This document shows, in pieces, positions 48,382-59,054 of a stretch of 64,000 nucleotides of DNA. The DNA comes from an uncultured Acidimicrobiia bacterium (lineage in GTDB: Bacteria; Actinomycetota; Acidimicrobiia; Acidimicrobiales; AC-14), in contig CAWIIV010000017.1 of assembly GCA_963836205.1 (NCBI GenBank), positions 160,001-224,000 on the forward strand. The letters are read 5' to 3'. Position numbers and translations under genes: made by a program. The notes below the pieces were generated by a model. It was not told where the DNA came from. It saw only the letters and a program-made list of their open reading frames with translations, and did not search any database. How positions within the stretch are numbered: the first letter of the stretch is position 1; the number at the start of each line of letters is the position of its first letter.

Positions 48382-50145
48382 GTGGAAGTCCGACGGCACA
48401 CGTTCGACGCCGTGATCGTGGGCGCAGGGGGGGCGGGGCTGCGGGCGGCCATCGAGACGGCGGGGAAATGCCGGACGGCGGTGCTCACCAAGCTCTACCC
48501 GACCCGGTCCCACACGGGCGCGGCCCAGGGCGGGATGTGCGCGGCCCTGGCCAACGTGGAGGAGGACTCGTGGGAGTGGCACGCGTTCGACACGGTCAAG
48601 GGCGGTGACTACCTGGTCGACCAGCCTGCGGCCGAGATCATGTGCCGGGAGGCGATCGACGCCGTCATCGAGTTGGAGCACTTCGGCCTGCCCTTCAATC
48701 GCACCGAGAAGGGCCTGATCGACCAGCGCCGGTTCGGTGGCCACACCCGCAACCACGGCGAGGCGCCCGTGCGCCGGGCCTGCTTCGCCGCCGACCGCAC
48801 CGGCCACATGATCCTCCAGACCCTCTACCAGCAGTGCGTGGCCCGGGGCGTGGTCTTCTTCAACGAGTTCCAGGTGCTCGACGTGGCCTTCGTGGACGAC
48901 GACCCTCGCCGAGGCGTCAGCGGCGTGGTCGCCTACGAGCAGGCCACCGGCGACCTCCACGTCTTCTCCTGCCGGGCCGCCCTCTTCGCCACCGGCGGCT
49001 TCGGACGCATGTTCAAGGTCTCGTCCAACGCCCACACCCTCACCGGCGACGGTCCCGGCCTCCTCTTCCGGCGAGGCGTCCCCCTCCAGGACATGGAGTT
49101 CTTCCAGTTCCACCCCACCGGCATCTACAAGCTCGGCATCCTCCTTTCGGAGGCGGCTCGGGGCGAGGGCGGACTGCTGCGCAACGCCGAGGGCGAGCGG
49201 TTCATGGAGCGATACGCCCCCACGGTGAAGGACCTGGCGCCGAGGGACATGGTGAGCCGGGCCATGCTCACCGAGATCCGCCAGGGGCGGGGCATCGGCC
49301 CGGCCAAGGATTACCTCCACCTCGACCTCACCCACCTCCCGCCCGAGCAGATCGACGAGAAGCTGCCCGACATCGCCGAGTTCGTCCGCACCTACCTGGG
49401 CATCGAACCCAAGACCGCCCTCATCCCCATCCAGCCGACGGCCCACTACGCCATGGGCGGCATACCGACCAACGTGCAGGCCGAGGTCGTGCTCGACGCC
49501 GACGGCACCGTCGCCCCCGGCCTCTACGCCGCCGGCGAGTGCGCCTGCGTGTCGGTCCACGGGGCCAACCGCCTGGGCACCAACTCCCTGCTCGACATCG
49601 TGGTCTTCGGCCGGCGAGGCGGAGCCGCCCTGGCCGCGTTCGTCAAGGAAGGCGGCGCCGGCGACGTCCCCGAGGCCGCCACGGGCGTGGAGGACGTGAC
49701 GGTGGCCGCCATCGGGGGGCTCACGTCGTCGAAGGGCGCCGAGAACGTGGCCGACATCCGCGCCGAGCTCCAGGCGGAGATGACCGACAAGGCGTCCGTC
49801 TTCCGCACCGACGAGCTGCTGCGCCAGGCGGGGGCAACCGTGGGCCAGCTGCGGGAGCGGTACCGGTCGGCCCGGATCGACGACAAGGGCAAGGTCTTCA
49901 ACTTCGACCTCACCGAGGCCCTCGAGCTCGGCTACCTGCTCGACCTGGCCGACGCCCTGGTCTTGGCCGCCCTGGCTCGCACCGAGAGCAGGGGCGCCCA
50001 CTTCCGCGACGACTTCCCGACCCGGGACGACGCCAACTGGCGCCGCCACAGCCTCACCCACCGCGACCCCAAGACGGGCGCCGTCCGCCTGGGCTACAAG
50101 CCCGTGGTCGGGGGTTCCTACCTCCCCATGGAACGGAAATACTGA
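48382..50145 (+). CDS. sdhA: Succinate dehydrogenase flavoprotein subunit
   Basis: GAGGAG, RSHTGAAQGG, FQFHPTG, HYAMGGIP, HGANRLGTNSL, ESRGAH. Confidence 0.96.
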   Translation: MEVRRHTFDAVIVGAGGAGLRAAIETAGKCRTAVLTKLYPTRSHTGAAQGGMCAALANVEEDSWEWHAFDTVKGGDYLVDQPAAEIMCREAIDAVIELEHFGLPFNRTEKGLIDQRRFGGHTRNHGEAPVRRACFAADRTGHMILQTLYQQCVARGVVFFNEFQVLDVAFVDDDPRRGVSGVVAYEQATGDLHVFSCRAALFATGGFGRMFKVSSNAHTLTGDGPGLLFRRGVPLQDMEFFQFHPTGIYKLGILLSEAARGEGGLLRNAEGERFMERYAPTVKDLAPRDMVSRAMLTEIRQGRGIGPAKDYLHLDLTHLPPEQIDEKLPDIAEFVRTYLGIEPKTALIPIQPTAHYAMGGIPTNVQAEVVLDADGTVAPGLYAAGECACVSVHGANRLGTNSLLDIVVFGRRGGAALAAFVKEGGAGDVPEAATGVEDVTVAAIGGLTSSKGAENVADIRAELQAEMTDKASVFRTDELLRQAGATVGQLRERYRSARIDDKGKVFNFDLTEALELGYLLDLADALVLAALARTESRGAHFRDDFPTRDDANWRRHSLTHRDPKTGAVRLGYKPVVGGSYLPMERKY

Positions 50146-50149
50146 GGCC

Positions 50150-50848
50150 GTGGAGCTCACCCTCCGCATCAAGCGGTTCAACCCCGAGGCCGACAGGCGG
50201 CCCCACTGGGAGACCTACACCGTCGAGGTCGACGAGTCCGACCGGGTCCTCGACGCCCTCCACCAGATCAAATGGCACGTCGACGGCACCCTCAGCTTCC
50301 GCCGGTCCTGCGCCCACGGGGTGTGCGGGTCGGATGCCATGGTCATAAACGGCCAGAACCGGCTGGCGTGCGTCCTCCTCGTGCGGGACGTCGGCTCCGA
50401 GATCACTATCGAGCCCATCCGGGGGCTGCCGGTGATCAAGGACCTCGTGGTCGACATGGAGCCGTTCTTCGAGGGCTACCGGTCGGTGCTGCCGGTGCTG
50501 ACCGCCCACGACGACCCCGGGCCGCGGGAGCGCATCCAGTCCCCCGAGGAACGGGCCCGCTTCGACGACACCACCAAGTGCATCCTGTGCGCGGCCTGCA
50601 CCACCTCGTGCCCGGTGTTCTGGGCCAACGACACCTACGTGGGGCCGGCCGCCATCGTCAACGCCCACCGCTTCATCTTCGACTCCCGGGACGACGCCGC
50701 CGCCAAGCGCCTGGAGATCCTCGACGAGCGCACCGGAATGTGGGGCTGCCGTACCGCCTTCAACTGCACCGATGCCTGTCCCCGGGGCATTAAGGTCACC
50801 CAGGCCATCCAGGAGGTCAAGCGGGAAGCGCTCGGCGGCGACGGCTGA
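50150..50848 (+). CDS. sdhB: Succinate dehydrogenase Fe-S subunit
   Basis: SCAHGVCGSD, CILCAACTTSCP, CRTAFNCTDACP. Confidence 0.96.
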   Translation: MELTLRIKRFNPEADRRPHWETYTVEVDESDRVLDALHQIKWHVDGTLSFRRSCAHGVCGSDAMVINGQNRLACVLLVRDVGSEITIEPIRGLPVIKDLVVDMEPFFEGYRSVLPVLTAHDDPGPRERIQSPEERARFDDTTKCILCAACTTSCPVFWANDTYVGPAAIVNAHRFIFDSRDDAAAKRLEILDERTGMWGCRTAFNCTDACPRGIKVTQAIQEVKREALGGDG

Positions 50849-50971
50849 GCTTGCGTTTGTACCCCTGTTGAGACGGCGGTAAACCAAATTTCTTCAAGAA
50901 AGTTGAAGGATCGGGCGTTCGCGCGCCGAAACTATGTCCTGAGGGGGAACAAGGGGCTGGGCCGGCTGTCC

Positions 50972-52144
50972 ATGATCGACGTGGCGCCGAGGGTCGAGCA
51001 ACAGGCCCGAAGACGCATGCTCACGACTCCGGCGCGGCCCTCCGCTCCTCCCGCACCCGCCCCGCCCCCGGCGCCCGCGGCGCATCCGGCCGCGGCCCGC
51101 CCCAGCCGGCAGTCGACCCGGCAGGTCCGCGCCCTCACCACCCGGCGGCTGACCAAGGGCAACCTGTGCGCGGCGGTGGTCCTGGCCAGCCTGGGCCTGG
51201 CCGCGGTGCAGGGCGAGTTCAGTGTCGAGCGGATCTCCGACCAGGGATTCGTCGAGGGACGGGTGGCTCCCCCGTTCGCCGCCCTCGGCCGAGCCACCGA
51301 CGCCGCGGTGGCCGCCCCCACAGCCCCGTCAGCCCCCGTGGTGGCGGTGAAGGCCATGCCGACGGGCAAGGGGATGTGGATCTACGAGTTCCCCCGCACC
51401 GAGGGCGGCAACATGGACGCCATCGTGGCCAAGGCCGTCGCCACCGGCATCACCCACGTCTACCCCCGCATGGGCTCCCACTGGGACGGCTTCAACGCCC
51501 GTAAGTACATGGACGCCTTCCTCCCCGTCGCCCACGCCGCCGGGCTCAAGGTCTTCGGGTGGGACTTCCCCCGGCTGGGCGACTCGCTCCCGTCCGACAT
51601 CGAGCGGGCCCGGACGATGATCACCTACACCAGCCCCAGCGGCGACCGCCTCGACGGGTTCTCGGCCGACATCGAGACGATCAACGAGGGCAGCCACGTG
51701 ACCGCGGAGGTGGCGTCGGCCTACGGCAGGGCCATCCGGGAGATCGCCGGTCCCGACTTCACCCTCATCGCCACCGTCCCCCGCCCGTCGCCCCGGAACC
51801 GGCCCACCTACCCCTACGCCGAGATCGTCGAGAGCTTCGACGCCATCGCCCCCATGATCTACTGGCTCAACCGCCAGCCCGACACCGACGTGGTCGGGGC
51901 CATGGACGAGCTGGCCAAGTTCGGCAAGCCCGTCTTCCCGGTGGGCCAGGCCTACGACGGCAAGGCCGAGGGCGGCCGGGCCGGGGTGCCGCCGCCGGAG
52001 GAGCTGCAGCGGTTCATGCGGACCTCGTTGGAGAAGGGGGCCGCCGGCGTGTCGTTCTGGTCGTGGCAGGCGGCCAACGGCACCGCCTGGGCCGCCATCC
52101 GGGACGCCTGGGAGTTCCGCGGCCCGGGCCAGGCGCCGATCTGA
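50972..52144 (+). CDS. Membrane-anchored protein with glycoside-hydrolase-like TIM barrel
   Basis: TM helix; GKGMWIYE, LDGFSADIE, DAIAPMIYW, GVSFWSWQ. Confidence 0.7.
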   Translation: MIDVAPRVEQQARRRMLTTPARPSAPPAPAPPPAPAAHPAAARPSRQSTRQVRALTTRRLTKGNLCAAVVLASLGLAAVQGEFSVERISDQGFVEGRVAPPFAALGRATDAAVAAPTAPSAPVVAVKAMPTGKGMWIYEFPRTEGGNMDAIVAKAVATGITHVYPRMGSHWDGFNARKYMDAFLPVAHAAGLKVFGWDFPRLGDSLPSDIERARTMITYTSPSGDRLDGFSADIETINEGSHVTAEVASAYGRAIREIAGPDFTLIATVPRPSPRNRPTYPYAEIVESFDAIAPMIYWLNRQPDTDVVGAMDELAKFGKPVFPVGQAYDGKAEGGRAGVPPPEELQRFMRTSLEKGAAGVSFWSWQAANGTAWAAIRDAWEFRGPGQAPI

Positions 52145-52341
52145 GCCACCCGACGTAAAACGGGTCGGGCTCCTCCAGTCGGGCGGCGGGCGAGCCGATA
52201 CCCCGCGATGCGGCGGAACAGTATCTGAGCGTCGCGCTCGTACGACCGTCGACCGGTGGCGGCCGATACCGGTGACCGGGACGGTCGGGCATGGTGTCAT
52301 CGCCGGCGGCTCGGTCCATTCCCTGGCCATGTGACGCCCGC

Positions 52342-53116
52342 CTACGAGGTGCGCGGTGGGGTCAGCCGCTCGATCCAGCCCACGCCCGACTCGAACCGGC
52401 AGAGGACCCGGTCGAGCCGGCTCCGGCGGCCGTCCCCGCCGGGGATGACGACGGGGGCGTGGGCCAGGAGCGTCGGCGGCGACGCCCTCGATGGTGGCCC
52501 CCACGACGAGCCCGTCGGCGTCGGTGGCCACGTCGATGTCGGTCGCGCCGCCGGCCCACGACCACGGGTCGGCGCTCCACCAGTCGCGGTCGCCCCACCG
52601 GTGGGTGCGCCAGCCGACACCGTCGAGCTCGAGCCGTTCGGCGCCGACCAGCACCTCTCCGTGCACGGTGCACGACTGCTGGTAACCGTCCGCAGCGCCT
52701 GGCAGGGCGTGGTCGTCGGCCTCCCATTCCAGATCCATCCCCAGCGCGCAGAGATCGCCCCGCTCCCCGCCGAAGGCCTCCAGGGGGTCGTCGAGCGCCA
52801 CCCCGAAGGCCTCGAGGCCCACGGTCCAGTGCTCGAGGGCCGTCTCGCAGGTGTGGTCGGCCCACAGGCCCGAGGTCCGCACCTCCAACGAGCGGCCCCG
52901 GGGTAGCGGGACGTCGTGGTCGCGGACGAGCACCAGCGGCCGATCGGGACCCACCACTGCGGCCCAGTACCAGGCCCCGCCGTCGCCCGGACGCAGCCCG
53001 AGGCGCACGTAGCCGCCGACCGAGCCGTCCCGGGCGGCGAAGTCGAAGCCGTACGACTCCTCCCAGTGCCGGCCCGGCCCCGGTTGGTGACGGCCTTCCT
53101 CGGCCCGCTCGGTCAT
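52342..53116 (-). CDS. Tocopherol-cyclase/lipocalin-like beta-barrel hypothetical protein, frameshifted near 52475
   Basis: WEESYGFDF..GGYVRLG..YQQSCTVHGEV..HRWGDRDW, continuing in another frame as LLAHAPVVI..LCRFESGVGWIE. Confidence 0.6.
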
Positions 53117-53133
53117 GCACCATGATGGGTCGG

Positions 53134-53529
53134 ATGGCACGGTTCCTGAGCGAGGAGTGGTTCGCCCTGGTCCGGGCCGCGCTCCCGGGCGGCGACGAGG
53201 AGGACCACGGCGACGACGGGGGCGGCGGCGGTGTCACTGTCCGTCACCGGGTGACCGAGGGCCCCGACGGCGACGTCGACTACGTGGTGCGGGCCTGCCC
53301 CGGGCGGTTCTCGGTCGAACCGGGGCTGGCGGGCCCGGTCGACATAGAGATCATCGAGACCTACGCCAGTGCCGCCGCCATCAGCCAGGGCGTGCTCACC
53401 CCGGCCGCCGCCTTCGCCGCCGGCAAGCTCAAGCTGGCGGGCGACGTCGCCCTCCTGGCCGAACGCCAGGGCGACTTCGCCGCCCTCGGCCAGCTGCTCG
53501 CCCCGCTGCGGGCCTCGACCACCTACTGA
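53134..53529 (+). CDS. SCP2 sterol-binding domain protein
   Basis: FLSEEW..AFAAGKLKLAGD. Confidence 0.8.
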   Translation: MARFLSEEWFALVRAALPGGDEEDHGDDGGGGGVTVRHRVTEGPDGDVDYVVRACPGRFSVEPGLAGPVDIEIIETYASAAAISQGVLTPAAAFAAGKLKLAGDVALLAERQGDFAALGQLLAPLRASTTY

Positions 53530-53536
53530 GCGGCCA

Positions 53537-54103
53537 GTGGCCACCCACTACGAGCTGCTGGGCCTTCCCCCCCACGCTTCCCAGGACGAGATCCGGGCCG
53601 CCTACCGCGCCCTCGCCCGCCGCCACCACCCCGACACCCAGTACGACGTCGACGCCGCCGCGGCCGACCGGTCCCGTCAGACCATGGCCGCCCTCAACGC
53701 GGCGTGGGCGGTGCTGGGCGACCCTGCCCGCCGCCGGGCCTACGACGCCGAGTTGGGCGGCGGCCGGCTGGGCCCCCGGGCGGCCGGGCCGGTGGGCGCC
53801 ACCGGCAACGCCAACCGGACGGGCTGGGACTGGAAGCCGTTCAGCGAGTACGACGACGACCCCGAGGACCTCGACGACGAGCCCTACGGCGACCCCCCGC
53901 CCCGCCGCCCGGCGGACTCGGTGGTGATGGCCCCGGTGCTGCTCGTCCTCCTCGCCGTCGGCCTGTTCTTCTTCTCGACCATGGTCCAGTCCGCCGGCCT
54001 GCGGACGATGGCCATCCTCCTTCTCCCCATCGCGGGCGTCGGCTTCATCGCCGCCCCCCTGTTCGTGATGGTCCGGGGCCGGTCCCGTCCCGACGAGGGC
54101 TAG
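53537..54103 (+). CDS. J-domain membrane protein
   Basis: HYELLG, AYRALARRHHPD, AWAVLGDPARRRAYD; two C-terminal TMs. Confidence 0.88.
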   Translation: MATHYELLGLPPHASQDEIRAAYRALARRHHPDTQYDVDAAAADRSRQTMAALNAAWAVLGDPARRRAYDAELGGGRLGPRAAGPVGATGNANRTGWDWKPFSEYDDDPEDLDDEPYGDPPPRRPADSVVMAPVLLVLLAVGLFFFSTMVQSAGLRTMAILLLPIAGVGFIAAPLFVMVRGRSRPDEG

Positions 54104-55044
54104 GCCGGTCCCGGGCGGGCCAGGGCGAGGACGTCGATCTGCTTGACGCGCACCGCCTCCGCCGCCGCCCGCAGGTCCTCGAGCTCGTCGGCGGTGAGCG
54201 CGACCTCGACCACTTCCCGCACACCTTCCCGGCCCAGGCGAGCAGGAACGCCCAGGTACACGCCCGAGATCCCGTACTGGCCGTCGACCCAGGCCGCCAC
54301 CGGCATGACCTCGCCGCTGTCGGTGACCACCGCCCGCACCATGGCCTCGGCCGCCGCCGCGGGGGCGTAGTAGGCCGACCCGGTCACCAGCAGGCCCACG
54401 ATCTCGGCCCCACCGTCCCTCGTCCGCCGAACCAGGTCGTCGACGGCGGCGTCGTCGACCAGCTCCGCCAGCGGCCGTCCGCCGACCGTCACGAGCGACG
54501 GCACCGGCACCATGGTGTCGCCGTGGGAGCCGAGGGTGATGGCCTCCACCGCGGAGGGCGACACACCCAGGTGCTCGGCCACGAAGTGCTTGAACCGGGC
54601 CGTGTCGAGCATCCCCGCCTGGCCCATGACCCGGTGGCGGGGCAGGCCGGTGACCTCGGCGGCCAGGGCCGTCATCTCGTCGAGAGGGTTGGACACCACG
54701 ATCAGGACCGTCTCGGGCGACGTCTCCACCAGCCGCAGGGCGACCTCGCCCACGATCCCGGCGTTGACCTCCAGCAGGTCCATCCGGCTCATGCCCGGCT
54801 TTCGGGGCAGGCCGGCGGTGATCACGCACACGTCGGACCCGGCCGTCTCCTCGTAGCGGTTGGTGCCCACGATGCGGGTGTCGAAGCCGGCGATCGACCG
54901 GCTCTGCATCATGTCGAGGGCCAGGCCCTGGGGTTTGCCCTCCACGATGTCGGTCAGCACGACCTCGTCCGCGTACCCCCTCTCCGCCACCCGCAGGGCG
55001 AGGGTGGAGCCGTAGAACCCGGCGCCCACGACCGTCACCTTCAC
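54100..55044 (-). CDS. mdh: Malate dehydrogenase (LDH-like)
   Basis: VVGAGFYG, TAGLPRKPGMSRMDLL, VSNPLD, LDTARF, GSHGD. Confidence 0.94.
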   Translation of the reverse strand: MKVTVVGAGFYGSTLALRVAERGYADEVVLTDIVEGKPQGLALDMMQSRSIAGFDTRIVGTNRYEETAGSDVCVITAGLPRKPGMSRMDLLEVNAGIVGEVALRLVETSPETVLIVVSNPLDEMTALAAEVTGLPRHRVMGQAGMLDTARFKHFVAEHLGVSPSAVEAITLGSHGDTMVPVPSLVTVGGRPLAELVDDAAVDDLVRRTRDGGAEIVGLLVTGSAYYAPAAAAEAMVRAVVTDSGEVMPVAAWVDGQYGISGVYLGVPARLGREGVREVVEVALTADELEDLRAAAEAVRVKQIDVLALARPGPA

Positions 55045-55057
55045 TGCCGCCAGGCCT

Positions 55058-55100
55058 TTCTGGAGGAAAAGCGACACAGAATGTCGTTTTTCCTCCAGAA
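55058..55100. repeat. Long intergenic inverted repeat between icd and mdh
   Basis: TTCTGGAGGAAAAGCGACA-N5-TGTCGTTTTTCCTCCAGAA. Confidence 0.75.
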
Positions 55101-55108
55101 CCAGGTAG

Positions 55109-56322
<1,214 letters not shown>

Positions 56323-56338
56323 AGACGGGTGAGCCTAG

Positions 56339-58161
56339 GACGCCGCTGATCTAATCGGCCGACCATCCACCACCGGCCGACTCCGGCACCCGAGACTTGG
56401 TCATGGGGATCGGGGCTGCGGTCAAGCAGGGCCAGTTCGAGGACTCGGCGGTGGTGCTGGGCGAGCGGTTGGCCCCGGGTTCGATCTATCGGCTGCTGGC
56501 CGACGAGGGCCACGTCCTTTTCCCGGACACCTACTTCGCCGACCTGTTCAAGGACACCCCCCGGGGACGTCCCAGCATCCCCGCCCGCACGGTGGCCACG
56601 GTGATGCTGCTGCAGAGCTTCGAAGGCCTGTCTGATCGGGAGGCGTGCGACCACCTTGTCTTTGACTTGCGTTGGCAGGCGGCGGCGGGCCTGACGACCA
56701 GGGCCGAGTCGTTCCACCCCACGGTGCTGGTGGGCATGCGCAACCGTCTGCGGCGCTCCGATCGTCGCTATCGCCTCCACGAGGACACCCTCGTCCCGGC
56801 CCGGGCCGCGGGGGTGCTCAAGGACCGGGCCCGGGTGCTGGACTCGACCGCCCTCTACGACTCGGTGGCCACCCAGGACACCGTGACCCAGCTGCGCTCT
56901 GCCATCCGCAAGGTGCTCTCGGTCGTCGGTCCCCTGGCTGTGCTCGTGCGGGCGGCCCTGGCTCGTGACGACGACTACGCCTCGATCGGCAAGCCGCCCT
57001 GTGACTGGGACGACGCCGCCGCCCGCGAAGCCCTGGTCGATGCCCTGGTCAAAGACGCCTTGGCCGCCCTGGCCGTGCTCGACGGCCACAGCCTGGAGGG
57101 GCCAGCAGCCGAGGCGGCGGCGCTGCTGGCCCGGGTGGCGGGACAGGACGTGGCCGAGGGCGACGACGGGGTGTTCCGCATCGTGCGGGGCACAGCCGCC
57201 GACCGCATCATCTCCACCGTCGACCCCGAGGCCCGCCACGGCCACAAGAGCCGCAGCCGCCACATCGACGGCTACAAGACCCACCTGTCCGTCGACCCCG
57301 ACTCCGAGATCATCGCCGCCGCCACCGTCACCCCGGCCAACACCGCGGACCGGGACGCCGTCGAGGAGCTGCTGGAGGAGCCGGGACCCGATGCGCAGGC
57401 GAGCACCGACCCCGGCTCCAAGCCGGCAGTGGTGGGCGACTCGGCCTACGCCGATGGGGCCACGCTCGCCGCCCTGGCCGAGGCTGGGCGGGAGGTCCTG
57501 TCCAAGGTCCCCCCCGCCCGCAACATGACCGGAGGCTTCTCCAAGGACCGCTTCGCCATCGACCTCGACAGCCGCACTGTCACCTGCCCCGCGGGCCAGA
57601 TCGTGCCCATTGTCCTGGGCCTGCGCGGTGGCCGGGCCAGCTTCGGCCCCCACTGCGGGGACTGTCCTCTGCGGGCCGATTGCACCGCCTCGGCCAAGGG
57701 CCGCTCGATCACCATCCACCGCCACGAGGACGCCCTCCAGCGGGCCAAGGCGGCCCAGCGCAGCGAGGAGTGGAAGGCCCGCTACCGGGCCGACCGCCCG
57801 ATCGTGGAGCGCAGGATCTCCCACTTCACCCGCCGGGCCTGGGGCGGGCGCAAGGCCCGCACCCGGGGCGTGGATCGCATCCGCATCGATGTCGCCACCC
57901 GGGCCGGCGTCTTGAACTGGGCCCGCCTCGCCGTTCTCGGGCTGCGCTCGACGCCGACCGGCTGGGCCGTCGCCTGATCCGGACGAATGAGGCTCCTATC
58001 GGGCACCGGAGAGCCCCGAACCGCCCCTGTGGCGCTCCCCGGTGCCTCCAGCGACGACGGTGACCGCAGGTTGTCCTCGAGAGGACATCCCCCGCTTCCA
58101 CCGCAGCCGCCCTCCGTGGAAGCCCGTCGGACGCCCGACGGGTCTTTAGAACAGCACCCTC
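56339..58161 (+). mobile_element. IS1182-family insertion sequence with CTAG target duplication
   Basis: Imperfect terminal IRs GACGCCGCTGATCTAA / TTAGAACAGCACCCTC; CTAG at 56335-56338 and 58162-58165. Confidence 0.85.
56403..57977 (+). CDS. IS1182-family DDE transposase
   Basis: GRPSIP, GLSDREA, LDST, STVDPEARHGHK, GYKTH, GDSAY, TCPAG, CGDCPLRADC, RPIVER. Confidence 0.92.
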   Translation: MGIGAAVKQGQFEDSAVVLGERLAPGSIYRLLADEGHVLFPDTYFADLFKDTPRGRPSIPARTVATVMLLQSFEGLSDREACDHLVFDLRWQAAAGLTTRAESFHPTVLVGMRNRLRRSDRRYRLHEDTLVPARAAGVLKDRARVLDSTALYDSVATQDTVTQLRSAIRKVLSVVGPLAVLVRAALARDDDYASIGKPPCDWDDAAAREALVDALVKDALAALAVLDGHSLEGPAAEAAALLARVAGQDVAEGDDGVFRIVRGTAADRIISTVDPEARHGHKSRSRHIDGYKTHLSVDPDSEIIAAATVTPANTADRDAVEELLEEPGPDAQASTDPGSKPAVVGDSAYADGATLAALAEAGREVLSKVPPARNMTGGFSKDRFAIDLDSRTVTCPAGQIVPIVLGLRGGRASFGPHCGDCPLRADCTASAKGRSITIHRHEDALQRAKAAQRSEEWKARYRADRPIVERRISHFTRRAWGGRKARTRGVDRIRIDVATRAGVLNWARLAVLGLRSTPTGWAVA

Positions 58162-58187
58162 CTAGGGCGGGCGGCCCAGCCGACCCG

Positions 58188-59054
58188 TCAGACGTCGAGC
58201 CTCCGGCGGCGGGCGGCGGCGTCGACCGCGTTGCGCAGGAGCATGGCGACCGTGGTCGGCCCGACTCCACCCAGGCGGGGGGTGACCCAGCCCGCGACCT
58301 CGGCCACCGACTCGTCGACATCGCTCACCAGCCGCTTTCCGGCCCACGAGATGCCCCCGCCGACGACGGCCGCGCCCGGTCGAACGTCGCCCGGACCGAT
58401 CATGTTGGGCACGCCGGCCGCCCCCACCACGATGTCGGCCTCGCGGGTGTAGTCGGCCCAGTCGGGCACACCCGTGTGGACGACGGTGACGGCCGCGTTG
58501 GCCCCCGGCCGCTTGAGCGACAGGAGCATGGCCAGGGGCCGTCCGAGGGTGGGACCCCGGCCCACGATCACCACGTGCCGTCCCGCCACCGGCACCTGGT
58601 AGTGGCCCAGGAGGGCCTGGATGCCCGCCGGGGTGCACGGCACCGGCCCGTCGACCCCGAGCGCCAGCCGGCCCAGGTTGGACGGGTGGAGGCCGTCGGC
58701 GTCCTTGTCGGGGTCCATGGCGGCCAGGGCGGCGTTGAAGTCGAGGCCGGCGGGCACCGGGTTCTGGATGAGGAAGGCGTCGACCGCGTCGTCGTCGTTG
58801 AACGCCTCCACCGCCGCCAGCAGCTCGGCCTGGGACGCGGTCGCCGGCAGCTGCACGTTGAACGACCGAATGCCCGTGGCCTCGCTGGCCTCGTGCTTCT
58901 TGCGGATGTAGCCGGAGCTGGCGGGGTCGTCGCCGACGAGAATCGTGCCCAGGCCGACGGTGACGCCCGCGTCGGCCAGGGCCGCCACCCGGCGCGTCAC
59001 CTCTGCCGTCACCGCCTCCACGACCGGCGCGCCGGCCATGATCACGGCCGCCAT
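58188..59054 (-). CDS. folD: Methylene-THF dehydrogenase/cyclohydrolase
   Basis: LVGDDPAS, KDADGLHP, PCTPAG, GGVGPTT. Confidence 0.94.
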   Translation of the reverse strand: MAAVIMAGAPVVEAVTAEVTRRVAALADAGVTVGLGTILVGDDPASSGYIRKKHEASEATGIRSFNVQLPATASQAELLAAVEAFNDDDAVDAFLIQNPVPAGLDFNAALAAMDPDKDADGLHPSNLGRLALGVDGPVPCTPAGIQALLGHYQVPVAGRHVVIVGRGPTLGRPLAMLLSLKRPGANAAVTVVHTGVPDWADYTREADIVVGAAGVPNMIGPGDVRPGAAVVGGGISWAGKRLVSDVDESVAEVAGWVTPRLGGVGPTTVAMLLRNAVDAAARRRRLDV

